DNA of 64,000 nt from Clostridia bacterium. Lineage in GTDB: Bacteria > Bacillota > Clostridia > Christensenellales > Borkfalkiaceae. The translations under genes were made by a program, and so were the position numbers. The stretch lies in the NCBI GenBank assembly GCA_017623605.1, contig JAGAOR010000008.1:46661-110660 (forward strand), read 5' to 3'. The stretch's first letter is position 1. Each line of letters starts with the position of its first letter. The notes under the pieces are model-generated. The model was not told the origin of the DNA. It saw only the letters and a list, made by a program, of their open reading frames with translations, and searched no databases. Of this stretch, positions 63,411 to 64,000 are shown one piece after another.

Positions 63411-64000
63411 ATGAGCTTTACGACGGATATAAAAAAAGAAATCGTCAATCGCAGAGAAATATTTTCTGCGGAGAAAAGCGCGCAAAAGGCGTGTTTTTCG
63501 GCGTTCGTACGAACGAGCGGAGCTTTTGGATTAAAAGACGGCTCGCCTACGTTTTTCCTCGTAACCGAAACGGAATACGTTGCGGAATATTTTACGAGAC
63601 TGTTCTTGGAAATTTTTAACACGGAGTTGTCGGTAACTCACGCGACTATGGACAGGCTTCGCGGCAGGGATAAGCTCGTTTTGCAATGTCCGCAATATCT
63701 GTCTGCGCACATTTTAACCGAGCTTTCATTGTTGAGAAAAGGTACTTGTGAATTTCGCGAAGGGATACTGCCCTCGCTTATTAAAACGGAGGACGCAAAG
63801 ATCGCGTATATTCAAGGCGCGTTTTTAGGCGGTGGAAGTTGTAGTTTGCCGACGAAAAATGGCGCGGGTTATCACTTGGAGATCGTGTTTTCCGATAAAA
63901 AGACGGCTTGGGCGTTTTGCCGCTTGCTTGGTGATTTCGAATTGATTGCCAAGCTTATAGAGCGCAAGGAAGATTTCGTCGTTTATATCAAGAGTAAGGA
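63411..64000 (+). CDS. whiA: DNA-binding protein WhiA (5' part; continues beyond the window)
   Basis: My own translation of frame 3 from the ATG at 63411 gives MSFTTDIKKEIVNRREIFSAEKSAQKACFSAFVRTSG...AYIQGAFLGGGSCSLP..GYHLEIVF. This is a typical WhiA N-terminal plus LAGLIDADG-like domain. The ORF is open to the window end and is not in the supplied ORF track. Confidence 0.85.
   Translation, partial: MSFTTDIKKEIVNRREIFSAEKSAQKACFSAFVRTSGAFGLKDGSPTFFLVTETEYVAEYFTRLFLEIFNTELSVTHATMDRLRGRDKLVLQCPQYLSAHILTELSLLRKGTCEFREGILPSLIKTEDAKIAYIQGAFLGGGSCSLPTKNGAGYHLEIVFSDKKTAWAFCRLLGDFELIAKLIERKEDFVVYIKSK

Overview
The window is a 64-kb chromosomal segment of a spore-forming Firmicute that looks Clostridia-like. 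The evidence is a spoIIAA-spoIIAB-sigF operon, whiA and prs-pth-mfd synteny. Coding is dense and mostly on the plus strand. Positions 1-28 kb form an accessory cell-surface and nutrient block. It holds a double-VWA membrane protein, then four consecutive giant lipoproteins: a 942-aa BspA-type LRR protein, a 1685-aa orphan, a 2526-aa S8 subtilase fused to LRR arrays, and a 511-aa protein. These run without an obvious terminator into an atypically enlarged Opp/Dpp-type peptide ABC transporter and a small tail-anchored protein. Positions 28-29.7 kb hold a small SGNH hydrolase islet and three minus-strand tRNAs: Arg-CCT, Asp-GTC and a CAT tRNA that looks like Ile2. The rest is mostly housekeeping: spoIIA operon, CPBP protease, rlmH, M14 peptidase, tadA, prs, pth, a CapA-like gene, mfd, a PrsA-like lipoprotein, tRNA-Ala and tRNA-Lys, LysR-adenine deaminase, yggS and SDRs. 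It also holds a Re-citrate synthase-aconitase-isocitrate dehydrogenase cluster, two unknown membrane proteins, a phosphohexomutase, a tandem SGNH hydrolase duplication, an AraC/ROK-kinase/nagA module, and murB-PHP-whiA. I saw no rRNA, CRISPR array, transposase, integrase or phage genes. The most notable signals are listed here. (1) The modular surface-protein, protease and Opp locus. (2) Three promoters placed so that their genes would be leaderless. (3) A three-copy operator-like motif in the AraC/ROK intergenic region. (4) A perfect 19-bp-arm palindrome inside the tRNA cluster. (5) A genome-wide NCG codon (CpG) bias that creates many long Arg-rich antisense ORFs in the ORF track. All domain calls rest on motif recognition by eye; no database search was run.
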